DNA of 34,866 nt, taken from assembly GCA_026707815.1 (NCBI GenBank), contig JAPOWB010000004.1, positions 1 through 34,866 on the forward strand, in the 5' to 3' direction. This DNA is from Candidatus Saccharimonadota bacterium (GTDB lineage Bacteria; Patescibacteriota; Saccharimonadia; Saccharimonadales; VXPC01). The notes beneath the pieces were generated by a model that was not told where the DNA came from, searched no databases, and saw only the letters and a program-made list of their open reading frames with translations. Both the position numbers and the translations under genes were made by a program. The number at the start of each line of letters is the position of its first letter. Position 1 is the first letter of the stretch. Below, piece by piece: positions 17,911 to 28,045 of the stretch.

Positions 17911-19076
17911 TGTATAAATAGTCTTTGCATTAACCCTTTTTTGTATAGCTTCCAATATATGATATTGGTCTTTGCAATTGATGCTATTTTGTCCAAAATA
18001 TTTAACACTTGCTCTATTCTTTCTTGCTCTTTAATTGCTGGTATTGAAATCTGCAAATATTGGTATTCTGAAATCCAATGTCTTTTATGTCCTCGTGGTT
18101 TGTATTGTATTTGAGTTAGTAGCTCGTATATAACCTTAGGTCGAATGTTTTTATTAAATTTTAAAATTTTCATAGCAGAGGATTTAACCTTGAATTCAAA
18201 ATTTACAAATTGTTTAGATGTGGTAAAGTCATCAAATATTACAACCGGTAGCTTTGTAAATCTGTTGTCAGATTCATTAGTATAGCCTAGTATGAAAGTT
18301 TTGCCAGCAGTTAGAATCGGCATAGAACCCTTCTCACAATATTGCTTACAAGTGGTGATATATCTAGTTGGTTGTTCATAAGTTAATAACTCTTTTAATC
18401 TATAGGTTTGCCAGTTGGGGTAGTTATACCCCCCCCCGTCCTTGAATCTAATCTTTTTATTAAAGATTTGTTGCATTAACCCTTTTTTATATTGCTCAAA
18501 CTGATATTTTTGTTGCTCTAAGAGATTAAGCTTGTTATTCACAGTATCAAAAAAATCAGCTATCTTCTCTTGCTCTTCAATACAGGGTATTTTTAGTTTA
18601 AAATCTGCTAGGGTACTAAAATCAAGAGAATCCCTCACTGATCCTAAAGTGCCAGTTTTTATTAAATGCTGAAAATAATGAGTTTTTAAAATATGTTTTA
18701 AAAAATTTTCATTTAAATTATTACTACATCTAAATACGATATACATAGGACTAATAATTCCAATATCAAATTCTGTTAGATTGGCAATAGAACCCACATT
18801 GATTCTCGATGGATTGTAAGCGAAATCACCCCTCTCAACAATTTTATAATTCAAGGTATCTCTACTTGCAATTCTGTGATTATTAAAATATTCAGATTGT
18901 TCTATAAATCCATGTAAATTGCTAACAGTTAATAGCCTATTTATTTCGCCGTTTTTGTTGCGAATAGATTTATGAGTAATGAGTTCTCCCAGTCTAATTT
19001 TTTCCCATTCAGGGTAATCCTTACCATTCTTGTCCTTAAATCTTAAATGAGGAATATATTCAGAAGATATTTTCAA
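17907..19076 (-). CDS. hsdS: Type I R-M specificity subunit
   Basis: Two TRDs with conserved PCIEEQEKIA / PAIKEQERI and KKGLMQ repeats. Confidence 0.93.
   Translation of the reverse strand: MKISSEYIPHLRFKDKNGKDYPEWEKIRLGELITHKSIRNKNGEINRLLTVSNLHGFIEQSEYFNNHRIASRDTLNYKIVERGDFAYNPSRINVGSIANLTEFDIGIISPMYIVFRCSNNLNENFLKHILKTHYFQHLIKTGTLGSVRDSLDFSTLADFKLKIPCIEEQEKIADFFDTVNNKLNLLEQQKYQFEQYKKGLMQQIFNKKIRFKDGGGYNYPNWQTYRLKELLTYEQPTRYITTCKQYCEKGSMPILTAGKTFILGYTNESDNRFTKLPVVIFDDFTTSKQFVNFEFKVKSSAMKILKFNKNIRPKVIYELLTQIQYKPRGHKRHWISEYQYLQISIPAIKEQERIEQVLNILDKIASIAKTNIIYWKLYKKGLMQRLFIQ
18429..18437 (-). repeat. In-frame poly-G9 in the hsdS central region
   Basis: GAC GGG GGG GGG TAT (D-G-G-G-Y) between TRD1 and TRD2. 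Confidence 0.85.
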
Positions 19077-20614
19077 TTCCTAACTCCTTTGTATATTGAT
19101 TAATTTGAGCCTGAATCTTAATTCTTTCTTTTTCTAAATCTCTAATATTGTCAGATATTTCATCAATATCAATAAATTTCTCTTCTTCAAATGTATCTAC
19201 ATAAATGGGAATATTTAGCATATAATTATTTCTTTCAATATCGTCTAATTTGACAAGATGGCTAAACATTTTTATTTCAGATCTTAATCTATATGTTTGA
19301 ATAATTTTATCTATATGTCTAACCAACAATTTATTTTTCTTTTTAGTTTTTTCAAATTCTTTAGAAGCATCAATAAATATTATATTGTCATCGGTTTCAC
19401 GACATTTTTTAAAAATCAAAATACAAGCAGAAATATTTGTTCCATAGAAAAGATTAGGAGGTAAACCAATCACAGCATCTAGATAATTTTTTGTTTCAAT
19501 TAAATATCTTCGTATATGTGCTTCGCCCCCCCCCCCGAGACAAAGCACCATGAGACATAATAGTTGCCATAACTCCATTTTCATCTAAGGAATGTATCAT
19601 GTGTTGTATAAAAGCATAATCTGCATATTTTTTGGAAGCCAATCTACCATATTGTGAAAATCTATCATCACTTTTAAAAAGTGGGTTAGCTGACCAATCT
19701 GCTGAAAATGGAGGATTTGCTACCACCGCTTCAAATTTTCTATCTTTGTGCATGGGTCTTTCTAGGGTATCAGCTTGTTTAATATCAAACTGATTATAAT
19801 GAATATCATGAAGAATCATATTCATTCTAGCTAAGTTATAAGTTGTCAGCACTTTCTCTTGACCAACGTATTCACCCACCTCCTTAACTTCCTTAGCTAC
19901 ACGCAATAATAATGATCCTGAACCGCAAGTTGGATCATAAACGTTTTTTAATTTGTTTTTACCAGTTGTTACAATTTTTGCCAATACTTTTGAAACTTCT
20001 TGTGGGGTATAAAATTCTCCAGCTTTCTTGCCTGCTCCAGCAGCAAACTGACTAATTAAATATTCATATGCATCTCCTAAGATGTCGATACTGGAGTTTT
20101 CAAGTTTAAAGTCGATGTCATCTAAATGAAGCAGTATTTTAACAATTAAGTTATTTTTCTCATTTTCAGTTTTACCTAATTTAGGAGAAGATAAATTTAA
20201 TCCTTCAAATAAATTATCAAAATCATCTTCACTATTTGTCCCCATGGTGCTTGATTCGATGTTTTTGAGGATTTTTTGTAAATCTTCTAAGATAAAATTA
20301 TCCTTTCCTTTTTCAGCAATGGCATGAAAAAGTTCGGATGGTTTCAAAAAATATCCCAAAGAATCAAGAGTCTCGATTTTAATTTCTTCCAATATATTCT
20401 TGCCTTGCTCAGCATTTTCATCTACATCTTCGTAATTGCAATTATCTTGTTGGAGTAATTCATTAGCTTTGATATGTAATTTTTCAGATAGGTACTTATA
20501 AAAGATAAAACCAAGAATATAATCACGAAATTCATCTGCATTCATCTGACCCCTGAGAGTGTTAGCTATATTCCAAAGTTGTTTTTCTAGCTGGTGTTTT
20601 TGATCTTCAGACAT
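19060..20614 (-). CDS. hsdM: Type I R-M methyltransferase, frameshifted at poly-G11
   Basis: GEFYTP, DPTCGSGSLL, ANPPFS; ORFs 19496-20614 and 19060-19584 join into 517 aa if one G is removed (HGALSRGGGEAHIRRYLIE). Confidence 0.92.
19526..19536 (-). repeat. Poly-G11 tract at the hsdM frameshift
   Basis: C11 on the plus strand; G10 restores the frame. Confidence 0.9.
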
Positions 20615-20716
20615 TAATTATGTTTATTTTTTTAAATATTGTCGTCTTATTACAGTTATACCTAAAATCAAATATTTTATCAATATGACAACTGCTAAGC
20701 AGATATGCCTCTTTTA

Positions 20717-22999
20717 TCATTTTGATTTGTCAACAAACTTTCTTCTCGAGGATTGAATAACTGCCTGTCTTCTCTGTTTATAAGGAGGAGTTGGAGTTAA
20801 TTTAGTTATACCAGAGATTGGTTCTTTAGGTGTAATAGCAGACAACTTAGCATAGAAATTATATGCTGGCAGATTAAGAAATTCAGGCAGAGAGATATAT
20901 GGCTCGAATAGGGGCAGTATTAATCTGGCATCCATAGGTGAGCCAGACCTAAAAGCAATGATGTTGCCGACATTAGCTAGTATGACTTCGGTTAGTTTTT
21001 GGCTGTCTTGTTGCTGGGTCGATTGTTCGGCAAGTATAAGGTTAAGCTTGTATTTTCTGGATTCAGACAACATTTCAATGAAGCCTTTGGTGATGAAGTT
21101 TTGAAATTCATCGACATAGAGATAAAAAGGAATTCGCTTGTTTTCGCTCATGTTAGCCTGCTCTAAGATTGCCAGCTGTATTTTAGCGAGTATCGTTGCT
21201 CCAAACAGTCTGGAAGTATCTTCTCCCAGCAGTCCTTTAGAAAAATTACAAATTAGGATTTTACTAGAGTTAATGACTTCTTTGAAATTCAGACAGTTAT
21301 CTGTTTTCTCAAAAACGCTTCTGGTAGCTTGAGAGAACAAGAATCGACCCATCTTGGCAGTTACTCCGGCTTGCATCTTGACCCTTTGGTATTCCCCGGC
21401 TTTATGGATTTCATTAAGCCAGAAGTTCTTTAAATTCTCATCTTTTAAAACGCTGTGGACAATCTTCTTGTTATAACTGTTATCATTTAAGAGCTTAAAT
21501 ATCGTAAAGAAAGTGGCGTCTTCAATGCAAAGAGCGGTATGAACGGTATTTCTTAAGACGTATTCTATCCGGTGTCCGCCTTTGTTTTCCTCAGTGAAGA
21601 CTTTCCTGAAAATTGAGACGACCGTTTCAGCTACCAAGTCTTTAGCTCTTAATAATTCCTTGTCTTTTAACTTGGGCGGAATCTCCAATAAATTAATTCC
21701 TATGGGGTGATTATAGTCGCTCGGATTAAAATAAATAACATCCTTTATTCTGTTTTTGGGGATGTATCCCAACAACTCAGTTGACAGATCTCCGTGAGGA
21801 TCGACTACTGCTACTCCTCTATCTGATTCAATATCTTGAATGATTTTGTATTTTAGGAGAGTAGTCTTGCCAGATCCTGTGCCGCCAATGATATAAACAT
21901 GGCGACTTCTCTCTAAGGCACTTAGGCTAATTGGTGTTCTTCTGTTTTGATGGACATTCTCTCCAATGATTACTCCATCTTCTTTAGATTGATTCGTCTT
22001 GGGATGAGCCGGCAGAGTCTTGCTTAAAGTCGTATCTAAATTCTCAAAGGATACTGATCTTAAATCAGGCAGATGATACAAGCTTGCCAATTGTTCGGCA
22101 TTCAAATAAAGACCGCTCTTCAAAGGCTCTATTAGTCTTAACCTAAAGCAAGCCAAATTAAATTTGCCAGTTTTATAACTCACTTTGAATTTAGCCAGCA
22201 AATCCAAGGCTGACCTCAAGCTTTGAGTATATTGGTTTAAGACTCGCTGACTAGAAGCTTGAATCAGGCATCTTAAATTGATTTGAAATAATTCATCAGG
22301 CTTGCTGGTCGGCTTACTAGTTGATATCTTTGCGACCTCAACTCCTTGGATAGGATGAATGATATTGGTCAGCAAACTGAGTGGCATCTGCCCTAGCTTA
22401 GATAGCAACGAACTGAATAAACCGGCAGCTCCAGCCTTTATCGGCTTATAAACAATCTGATACACAATTTGATCACCATCTTCAAGCTGAACCATGCCAC
22501 TAAGCAGATAGCTCAAAGAATCATGATTCTCCCGATCTTTGAAGGTTTTAACATCCGCTTGTTTGGAAGCAGACTTAAAATTTAGCAACCTTATGAATTT
22601 AGTTTCCAACCACTGGTAATCGGAAACTTGGCTAACTCTGATTGTCCAATCATAGGAAGCAATCAGTCTCATGACTGTTTGTTTTTGATGCCGAGGCACT
22701 ATCAACAAGAAACAGATACCCTCGGATTTGTTGGCGACTATTTCTAAACTGTAAAATGATCGCTTGGCTAAAAACTGCGTCTTATTAGCAAAGCTTAGAT
22801 GATGCAGGGCTTGAAACAATGTCTTCATATTGTTCAAGGTACTGATCTCAGCATTAGAATTGGGCTTAATTTCCAAAACGATTCTGGGAGTCAGCCTTCT
22901 TTTCGCCCAAGCCAACTTTATTTTTTGCCAGTTAAAAATCAGTATCATACTCAATACCAGACTCAGTATTGAGCAGCCAACTATAATCGACAAGTTCAC
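20717..22999 (-). CDS. VirD4/TraG-like type IV coupling ATPase
   Basis: N-terminal TM, RHVYIIGGTGSGKTT, DPHGD, LYVDEFQNF, SESRKY. Confidence 0.88.
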   Translation of the reverse strand: MNLSIIVGCSILSLVLSMILIFNWQKIKLAWAKRRLTPRIVLEIKPNSNAEISTLNNMKTLFQALHHLSFANKTQFLAKRSFYSLEIVANKSEGICFLLIVPRHQKQTVMRLIASYDWTIRVSQVSDYQWLETKFIRLLNFKSASKQADVKTFKDRENHDSLSYLLSGMVQLEDGDQIVYQIVYKPIKAGAAGLFSSLLSKLGQMPLSLLTNIIHPIQGVEVAKISTSKPTSKPDELFQINLRCLIQASSQRVLNQYTQSLRSALDLLAKFKVSYKTGKFNLACFRLRLIEPLKSGLYLNAEQLASLYHLPDLRSVSFENLDTTLSKTLPAHPKTNQSKEDGVIIGENVHQNRRTPISLSALERSRHVYIIGGTGSGKTTLLKYKIIQDIESDRGVAVVDPHGDLSTELLGYIPKNRIKDVIYFNPSDYNHPIGINLLEIPPKLKDKELLRAKDLVAETVVSIFRKVFTEENKGGHRIEYVLRNTVHTALCIEDATFFTIFKLLNDNSYNKKIVHSVLKDENLKNFWLNEIHKAGEYQRVKMQAGVTAKMGRFLFSQATRSVFEKTDNCLNFKEVINSSKILICNFSKGLLGEDTSRLFGATILAKIQLAILEQANMSENKRIPFYLYVDEFQNFITKGFIEMLSESRKYKLNLILAEQSTQQQDSQKLTEVILANVGNIIAFRSGSPMDARLILPLFEPYISLPEFLNLPAYNFYAKLSAITPKEPISGITKLTPTPPYKQRRQAVIQSSRRKFVDKSK

Positions 23000-23585
23000 C
23001 TCCTTTTAAAAACAAATACGGATCAACATTAATATCTGAGACCTTAATCATCAGATAAAAATGAGGATTGCTAAAACCCAAAGTCTCACCTAAATAACCT
23101 ACGATTTCACCAGCTTCAACTATTCGGTCTATTTCAAGTTCCTCATTAATTTCGCTCAAAAAACAATAAAAGGCTTTCAAGCTCTCAGTTTGAATAACCA
23201 CTGATCTGCCGCAATCCTTATCTGTCTTGTTATCATTAATAGCTATGATTCGCCCATCAAATACAGCTTCCACTCCCAAATCATAGAAGTCATACTTTTG
23301 AGCAATGATCAGCCCTTGCTTTAGATGGGGCTGAATTGCTTGATTGTATCTTAAAACCAGTTGTTCTCTGTTTAAGAAACTGTCATTCTTAGGCAGAGTC
23401 GTTACTATTTGTCCGTTAACATCCAGCAGCTCAACGTATGTTTCTTGGTCTTTAACTAAGGCTTGTTCAACTTCAGCTATTGATTGATGACTAACAATGA
23501 TCAAAAAGACAATCGGCAAAAGCAAGATGCTAACCAAGATCAAGCCCAGCAAGACATAGATTTGGATAACCGTAGATCTAAGCAT
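22932..23585 (-). CDS. Membrane-anchored M23-peptidase-like protein with degenerate active site
   Basis: AVFDGRI...GRSVVI...VEAGEIVGYLGET...NPH fold motifs; ATG 23585 overlaps the virB4-like stop. Confidence 0.7.
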   Translation of the reverse strand: MLRSTVIQIYVLLGLILVSILLLPIVFLIIVSHQSIAEVEQALVKDQETYVELLDVNGQIVTTLPKNDSFLNREQLVLRYNQAIQPHLKQGLIIAQKYDFYDLGVEAVFDGRIIAINDNKTDKDCGRSVVIQTESLKAFYCFLSEINEELEIDRIVEAGEIVGYLGETLGFSNPHFYLMIKVSDINVDPYLFLKGGELVDYSWLLNTESGIEYDTDF

Positions 23586-25767
23586 GGCTCTCCCCGTCTT
23601 GAGGCTTTGTCGTAATGACGGGATGTTCCTGATTGGAGGCAATAATCTTAACGGTCGCATGTTGCTGATCAGCAATGATTAAGGCTTGCCCGACGGAACA
23701 AGTCAACAAGAAGTGCTTCTCATACTCGCTTAGATAAAACTGATCCGTTACTTCATCAATCGTAATCGCATCCTGTTTGAGTAAAATCTTAAGGCTGCTC
23801 TGGGCAATCAGAGCCTGACCATAGTTTGAATTTAAAAAATCCGAAGCTTGCTGAGAGATTAAACAAACTCCCAAATAATACTTCCTTGCTCTTCTCACCA
23901 AACTATTAATCGATTGACCGCACAAATCATCGGCTACCAGCGACCAAGCCTCATCGATAACCAGCAGTCTTTTCTGCAAATTATATTTAATCTGATTGCT
24001 AATGAAATAAGTTAGTATCAGCATTAGTGATGGTTTTAGCTCAACTGATATATTTTGTAAATTAAAGCTGATTAGACGATTATTCGTCGCCAACTTGGTT
24101 GAGACATTAAAGATTGAAGCCAGCGAGCCGGTCGTAAAACGCTTCAGCCTTAAACTCAACCCGGAACTTTTACTTTTAACCAACTTATATAAATCAATCA
24201 ATAGCGGTTGATCATTATCTTCATACAGTTTTAGCAAAGCCTCGTCTAAAACAGCTTTGTCATCTTTTTCTAAACCTTCCAGCATAACGCTCAGAATCTG
24301 AATTACTTGGGCAATATGTTCGCTTAAATCCAGTCCCTGATTAAGCGATATATCCAAGAAATTGATGGCGACTTGGTCGCTTTTGGTAATATCCAAGGAT
24401 CTACCCCTTAAGGCTGTAACTAAAAACCGATATTCGTTTTCAGGATCTAAGATGAAGATTTGCACCCCATGGTTGAATTGCCTCAGTATCTCAACTTTCA
24501 TGCAGTAACTCTTGCCGGCTCCCGACTGAGCCAAGATAACGCTGTTGGCATTGGGCAGGCTGAAACGATCAACGATAACCAAAGAATGATGATTCTGATT
24601 GATACCGTACAAAATCCCGTCTGGATGAATAATTTCTGTGTTCGCAAACGGGAAAGTCAGTGCCAGCGACGAACTATCCAGATTCCTAGTTACTTTTAGC
24701 TCATCCCTTTGATAAGGCAAACAAGCCTGCCAAGCTGGCAGTTGTTGGTAAGAATTAACTTGTCCGGCAAACAGATTGGTTCTTAAAATATTTTGCACCG
24801 TTGCCGTTACTTGATCGAGTTCTGCTTCGGAATCAGCGTAAATACTGATATATAAGGCTAACTCAAGCAGTGACTCTTGTCTCTTTTGGAGTTTTGATCT
24901 CAAACTTAAGGCTGAATCAAGCGGACTGGTTAAGGTTTCATCGATTAGCCGTCCGCTTTTGAGCTGGATTCTTTTAGAACTTTCCATCTCGGTAATTTTC
25001 CGAGTCAGCCTATATAAAGCCAGCTGACTATCCAAAGGCTGAATCTGATAACTCAAATCTAAATTCAAATTGGCTTGAATCAGGCTGTTTAAACAGTTTG
25101 CCGTTAGCTTGGCGGGGTAATCGGCGATGCTCAACGTCCTCACGTAGCCGCCATTGAGCCTGAGATGATGAATATTCTCTTCTAATGCCTTATAACCGAT
25201 GAAAGACAGCAACTTGTTAAAGGACTGGTCAGCCCTGATCTTTAAGAACTGAGATAGAGTGGTTTTGCGAGGGGCATGATAGCTGTCAAAAAGCAAATGC
25301 AAGACTTCGTCGGTATCCAGGATTTGGCTGACCAAATTCAGATTAGACAGCCCCTTGGTCAGCAGATTCACTTGGAGATGCAGCTGATTTATAGTTTCTA
25401 CTTCTGTAACCGAAGCAGTTTTGGGCTGAGAGAGAATAATATAAAAGTTGCGACTAAAAATCTGCCAATCCTTAAGCAGACTGGGTAGGTTATCAGCATT
25501 CTTTAAAGACTGAAAACCATTCTTTTGGTCAAGCTCTCTGATTTGAATCAGTATCTGAATCTTATTAGTTAGTCCCGTTAGCCATTTCTGATACAAGCTC
25601 AGCAAAACATCCTGTCTGGCAAAAGAAAACAGTTCGAAGTTGAGAGGCTGGATTCTTAAGATTAGCAAATAATCGTCCTTAGTTTCCAAAACACCATGTT
25701 TAATTGATCTGATGGGAATTTGCCGAAAGCTACTGACTAATTTATCTCTTTTGGTTAACATCCACAT
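23578..25767 (-). CDS. VirB4-like conjugative ATPase
   Basis: GILYGIN, NANSVILAQSGAGKS, LDPENEY, LVIDEAW, RRARKY. Confidence 0.9.
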   Translation of the reverse strand: MWMLTKRDKLVSSFRQIPIRSIKHGVLETKDDYLLILRIQPLNFELFSFARQDVLLSLYQKWLTGLTNKIQILIQIRELDQKNGFQSLKNADNLPSLLKDWQIFSRNFYIILSQPKTASVTEVETINQLHLQVNLLTKGLSNLNLVSQILDTDEVLHLLFDSYHAPRKTTLSQFLKIRADQSFNKLLSFIGYKALEENIHHLRLNGGYVRTLSIADYPAKLTANCLNSLIQANLNLDLSYQIQPLDSQLALYRLTRKITEMESSKRIQLKSGRLIDETLTSPLDSALSLRSKLQKRQESLLELALYISIYADSEAELDQVTATVQNILRTNLFAGQVNSYQQLPAWQACLPYQRDELKVTRNLDSSSLALTFPFANTEIIHPDGILYGINQNHHSLVIVDRFSLPNANSVILAQSGAGKSYCMKVEILRQFNHGVQIFILDPENEYRFLVTALRGRSLDITKSDQVAINFLDISLNQGLDLSEHIAQVIQILSVMLEGLEKDDKAVLDEALLKLYEDNDQPLLIDLYKLVKSKSSGLSLRLKRFTTGSLASIFNVSTKLATNNRLISFNLQNISVELKPSLMLILTYFISNQIKYNLQKRLLVIDEAWSLVADDLCGQSINSLVRRARKYYLGVCLISQQASDFLNSNYGQALIAQSSLKILLKQDAITIDEVTDQFYLSEYEKHFLLTCSVGQALIIADQQHATVKIIASNQEHPVITTKPQDGESHA

Positions 25768-25772
25768 ATCCC

Positions 25773-26060
25773 CTATTTCCTAATATATTGTTTCGGACGA
25801 CGATAGAATTTAAACATGATGACCAACCACTGATAAAGCAGTCTCTTCTGAATCCTTATGGCTAACAGGCAACAAATAAAACCTAATTCAAAGACAATTA
25901 AACTCTTATAGGCATGCCAACTAAAAGTGGGTGGCAAAAAGATCAGCAATAACCCGACAATAACCGGCAGAATTAGCAGTCCAGCTTGTTTGGGAGAGAT
26001 AAAGCCAACGATTCGATCTTCCTTGTTTAAAACTTCAGCCGGTATATCTTGATCTCTCAT
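25773..26060 (-). CDS. PrgI/VirB3-like membrane protein
   Basis: IPAEVLNKEDRIVGFISPKQ, two TMs, RPKQY; immediately upstream of the virB4-like gene. Confidence 0.8.
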   Translation of the reverse strand: MRDQDIPAEVLNKEDRIVGFISPKQAGLLILPVIVGLLLIFLPPTFSWHAYKSLIVFELGFICCLLAIRIQKRLLYQWLVIMFKFYRRPKQYIRK

Positions 26061-27334
26061 GCTACTTGCCTGCCTTTAATCTTTTCTTCTTCCTTGGCTC
26101 TTTGCTTTTTAACTTCTTCAATCGTTTTGCTGATATGACTGACTCCGCTAATAAAATGACCGCCGATTCTCTTTAAAGCCTTAGGAGTCACGCTGGCATA
26201 ATGCAGTTGATTAAGCAGTCCTTGAGTCTTTAAGACCGCCACCAAAGTGGCGATTCCTAAAACCAAGCTCATCAGCGTCGCTCCCCCGCTACTGGTTTGT
26301 ATGCCCGCCAGCAAACTGCCACTTAAGATAAACAGGATGGTATGAACGAACAAGACGAAGATATGGCTTAGGTATGTCTTAAAACTAATGAAGGCAAAAT
26401 CCCTAAAGGCTGGTAGCAAACCTAACAAAACAACCAGTGGCGACAGAATCGCTCCGACATACAAAGTAATCAGCCTCATAACGTAATAAACCATCAGAAT
26501 AAAAGCCAAAACCACAAACAGCAAAGAGATGATCAGCAGAGCTATGCTCAAAGTTCCACTATTGCCAAAGAGCTGATTCAAGCTAACCCAGAAGGACTCA
26601 AAATCAAAACTGAGTTTTAAGGCTTCAATCATGCCGTTGGAGAGATTGATTAAAACGTCTATGATAAACAGTGAGGCGTTCATTAGCAAAAAGACGGCTC
26701 CGATTTTAGGTAGCAGTTGCTTGAAGCTTAATTCCTCAAAACCTAGGACGGAAGCCGTCATCATCTGAAAGCCGAGCAGAGTTACTATCAAAATAAGCAA
26801 GCCGTTAGCAATGCCAAGTACTGCCAGCCACATCTTCAAAACGACTCCGTTATCACTCATAAAGGGCGTGCTTTGAGACAAGTACTCCAAAGCCTGCATG
26901 AAGGGACTGAAAATGCTGCTTAAGATATTTTGCAAGAATCCGACCACGGTTTGGGTAATTAAATCCAGCAAACTGCCACTGCTGGGATTTACTTCTACTT
27001 CACTGATGTTTGGCAGATAAGATTGATCGACGTATTCGGCTCCGCCGTAAGAAGTGGTCAGCAAATGAACCAAGACACCTGCCCCTATAACCAGCACCAG
27101 TCCCAACAGAGCATTCTTCAAAGTTCGTTTGGCAGTTTCGAGCTGGTCAACTTTGCCAGCCGAGATCATATATAAGATACCCGACCATGAGACAAAAAAG
27201 ACGGAGACTAATCCGGCTATGCCGATTAAAGCATAAAGCAGGGGTGCTAAGTAATGATCTAAAAAGTGGCTGTTAATAACCGCCACTGAAACTGTTGCCT
27301 CTGCATTGCTTAAAAGAGAGGCAACCAATTCCAT
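26057..27334 (-). CDS. VirB6/TrbL-like polytopic membrane protein with pilin-like N-terminus
   Basis: Many TM helices; N-terminal GILYMISAG...AKRTLKNALLGLVLVIGA mirrors the adjacent pilin. Confidence 0.75.
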   Translation of the reverse strand: MELVASLLSNAEATVSVAVINSHFLDHYLAPLLYALIGIAGLVSVFFVSWSGILYMISAGKVDQLETAKRTLKNALLGLVLVIGAGVLVHLLTTSYGGAEYVDQSYLPNISEVEVNPSSGSLLDLITQTVVGFLQNILSSIFSPFMQALEYLSQSTPFMSDNGVVLKMWLAVLGIANGLLILIVTLLGFQMMTASVLGFEELSFKQLLPKIGAVFLLMNASLFIIDVLINLSNGMIEALKLSFDFESFWVSLNQLFGNSGTLSIALLIISLLFVVLAFILMVYYVMRLITLYVGAILSPLVVLLGLLPAFRDFAFISFKTYLSHIFVLFVHTILFILSGSLLAGIQTSSGGATLMSLVLGIATLVAVLKTQGLLNQLHYASVTPKALKRIGGHFISGVSHISKTIEEVKKQRAKEEEKIKGRQVA

Positions 27335-27340
27335 GAATAT

Positions 27341-27679
27341 TTAACTCCCGAAAGTTTCTACGGCTAAATCATTAATAATCCCGGACAAAGCGAAAGCTCC
27401 AATGACTATTACCAAGCCCAAACTGGCAAAGACCAAAGTCTTCTTGGCTTTTTCCAGTGCCACCGGATTGCCGCTGCTAGTAATGAAGCTCAGTCCGCCA
27501 AGCACGAAAAAACCGGTCGCAATCAGACCGGCTATTCCTGCTACTATCTTAATTAGATTTTCTATGAAATTATTGACTTGTTCGACCCCTTGAGATGTTT
27601 GAGCCAAAACTTCAGGCGATGAAAGAAACCAACTGCTAAGCGTAATTCCGACAATCAAGCTGATAATTAATCTTTTCAT
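27341..27679 (-). CDS. VirB2/TrbC-like pilin
   Basis: Signal peptide then GGLSFITSSGNPVALEKAKKTLVFASLGLVIVIGA. Confidence 0.8.
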   Translation of the reverse strand: MKRLIISLIVGITLSSWFLSSPEVLAQTSQGVEQVNNFIENLIKIVAGIAGLIATGFFVLGGLSFITSSGNPVALEKAKKTLVFASLGLVIVIGAFALSGIINDLAVETFGS

Positions 27680-27839
27680 AATTTAACTCAAACTTAAATT
27701 GTCTAAACTATACCAGAATATTTTATTAAATGCAAATTAGTTGTATACTTAAGAAGTTTGGATTAAATATCACAGTAGTTTACAGCAAGTCATAATTTAG
27801 ATATATTTAAGAATAGGAAGGTATCAAAAAATATAAATT

Positions 27840-27986
27840 ATGCCCAATATATCAAAAAGAGATGAGTTGCATGTTCCCCTATTGAAAGTCATGCAACAGT
27901 TAGGAGGTAGGGTTAAAACCAAGAACGCTGTTGAAGAAGTAGCAAATTTTTGGCAACTTCGGATTTTAGAATTTAACATTTTTTAA
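27840..27986 (+). pseudogene. Possible Mrr N-terminal (winged-helix) fragment
   Basis: Manual translation MPNISKRDELHVPLLKVMQQLGGRVKTKNAVEEVANFW...* (48 aa). Confidence 0.45.
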
Positions 27987-28045
27987 TGTTTAATTTCTTG
28001 TTAACATAAATATAATAAATTCCGAAAACACAAGTTTAAATAGTA

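Noticed and set aside
19060-19584. 174-aa ORF as a separate gene
   Set aside because: It is the C-terminal part of hsdM beyond the poly-G frameshift.
27999-28026. Possible third dif-like site (TGTTAACATAA...)
   Set aside because: Only one arm matches; the other does not resemble sites 1 and 2 in AT-rich DNA.
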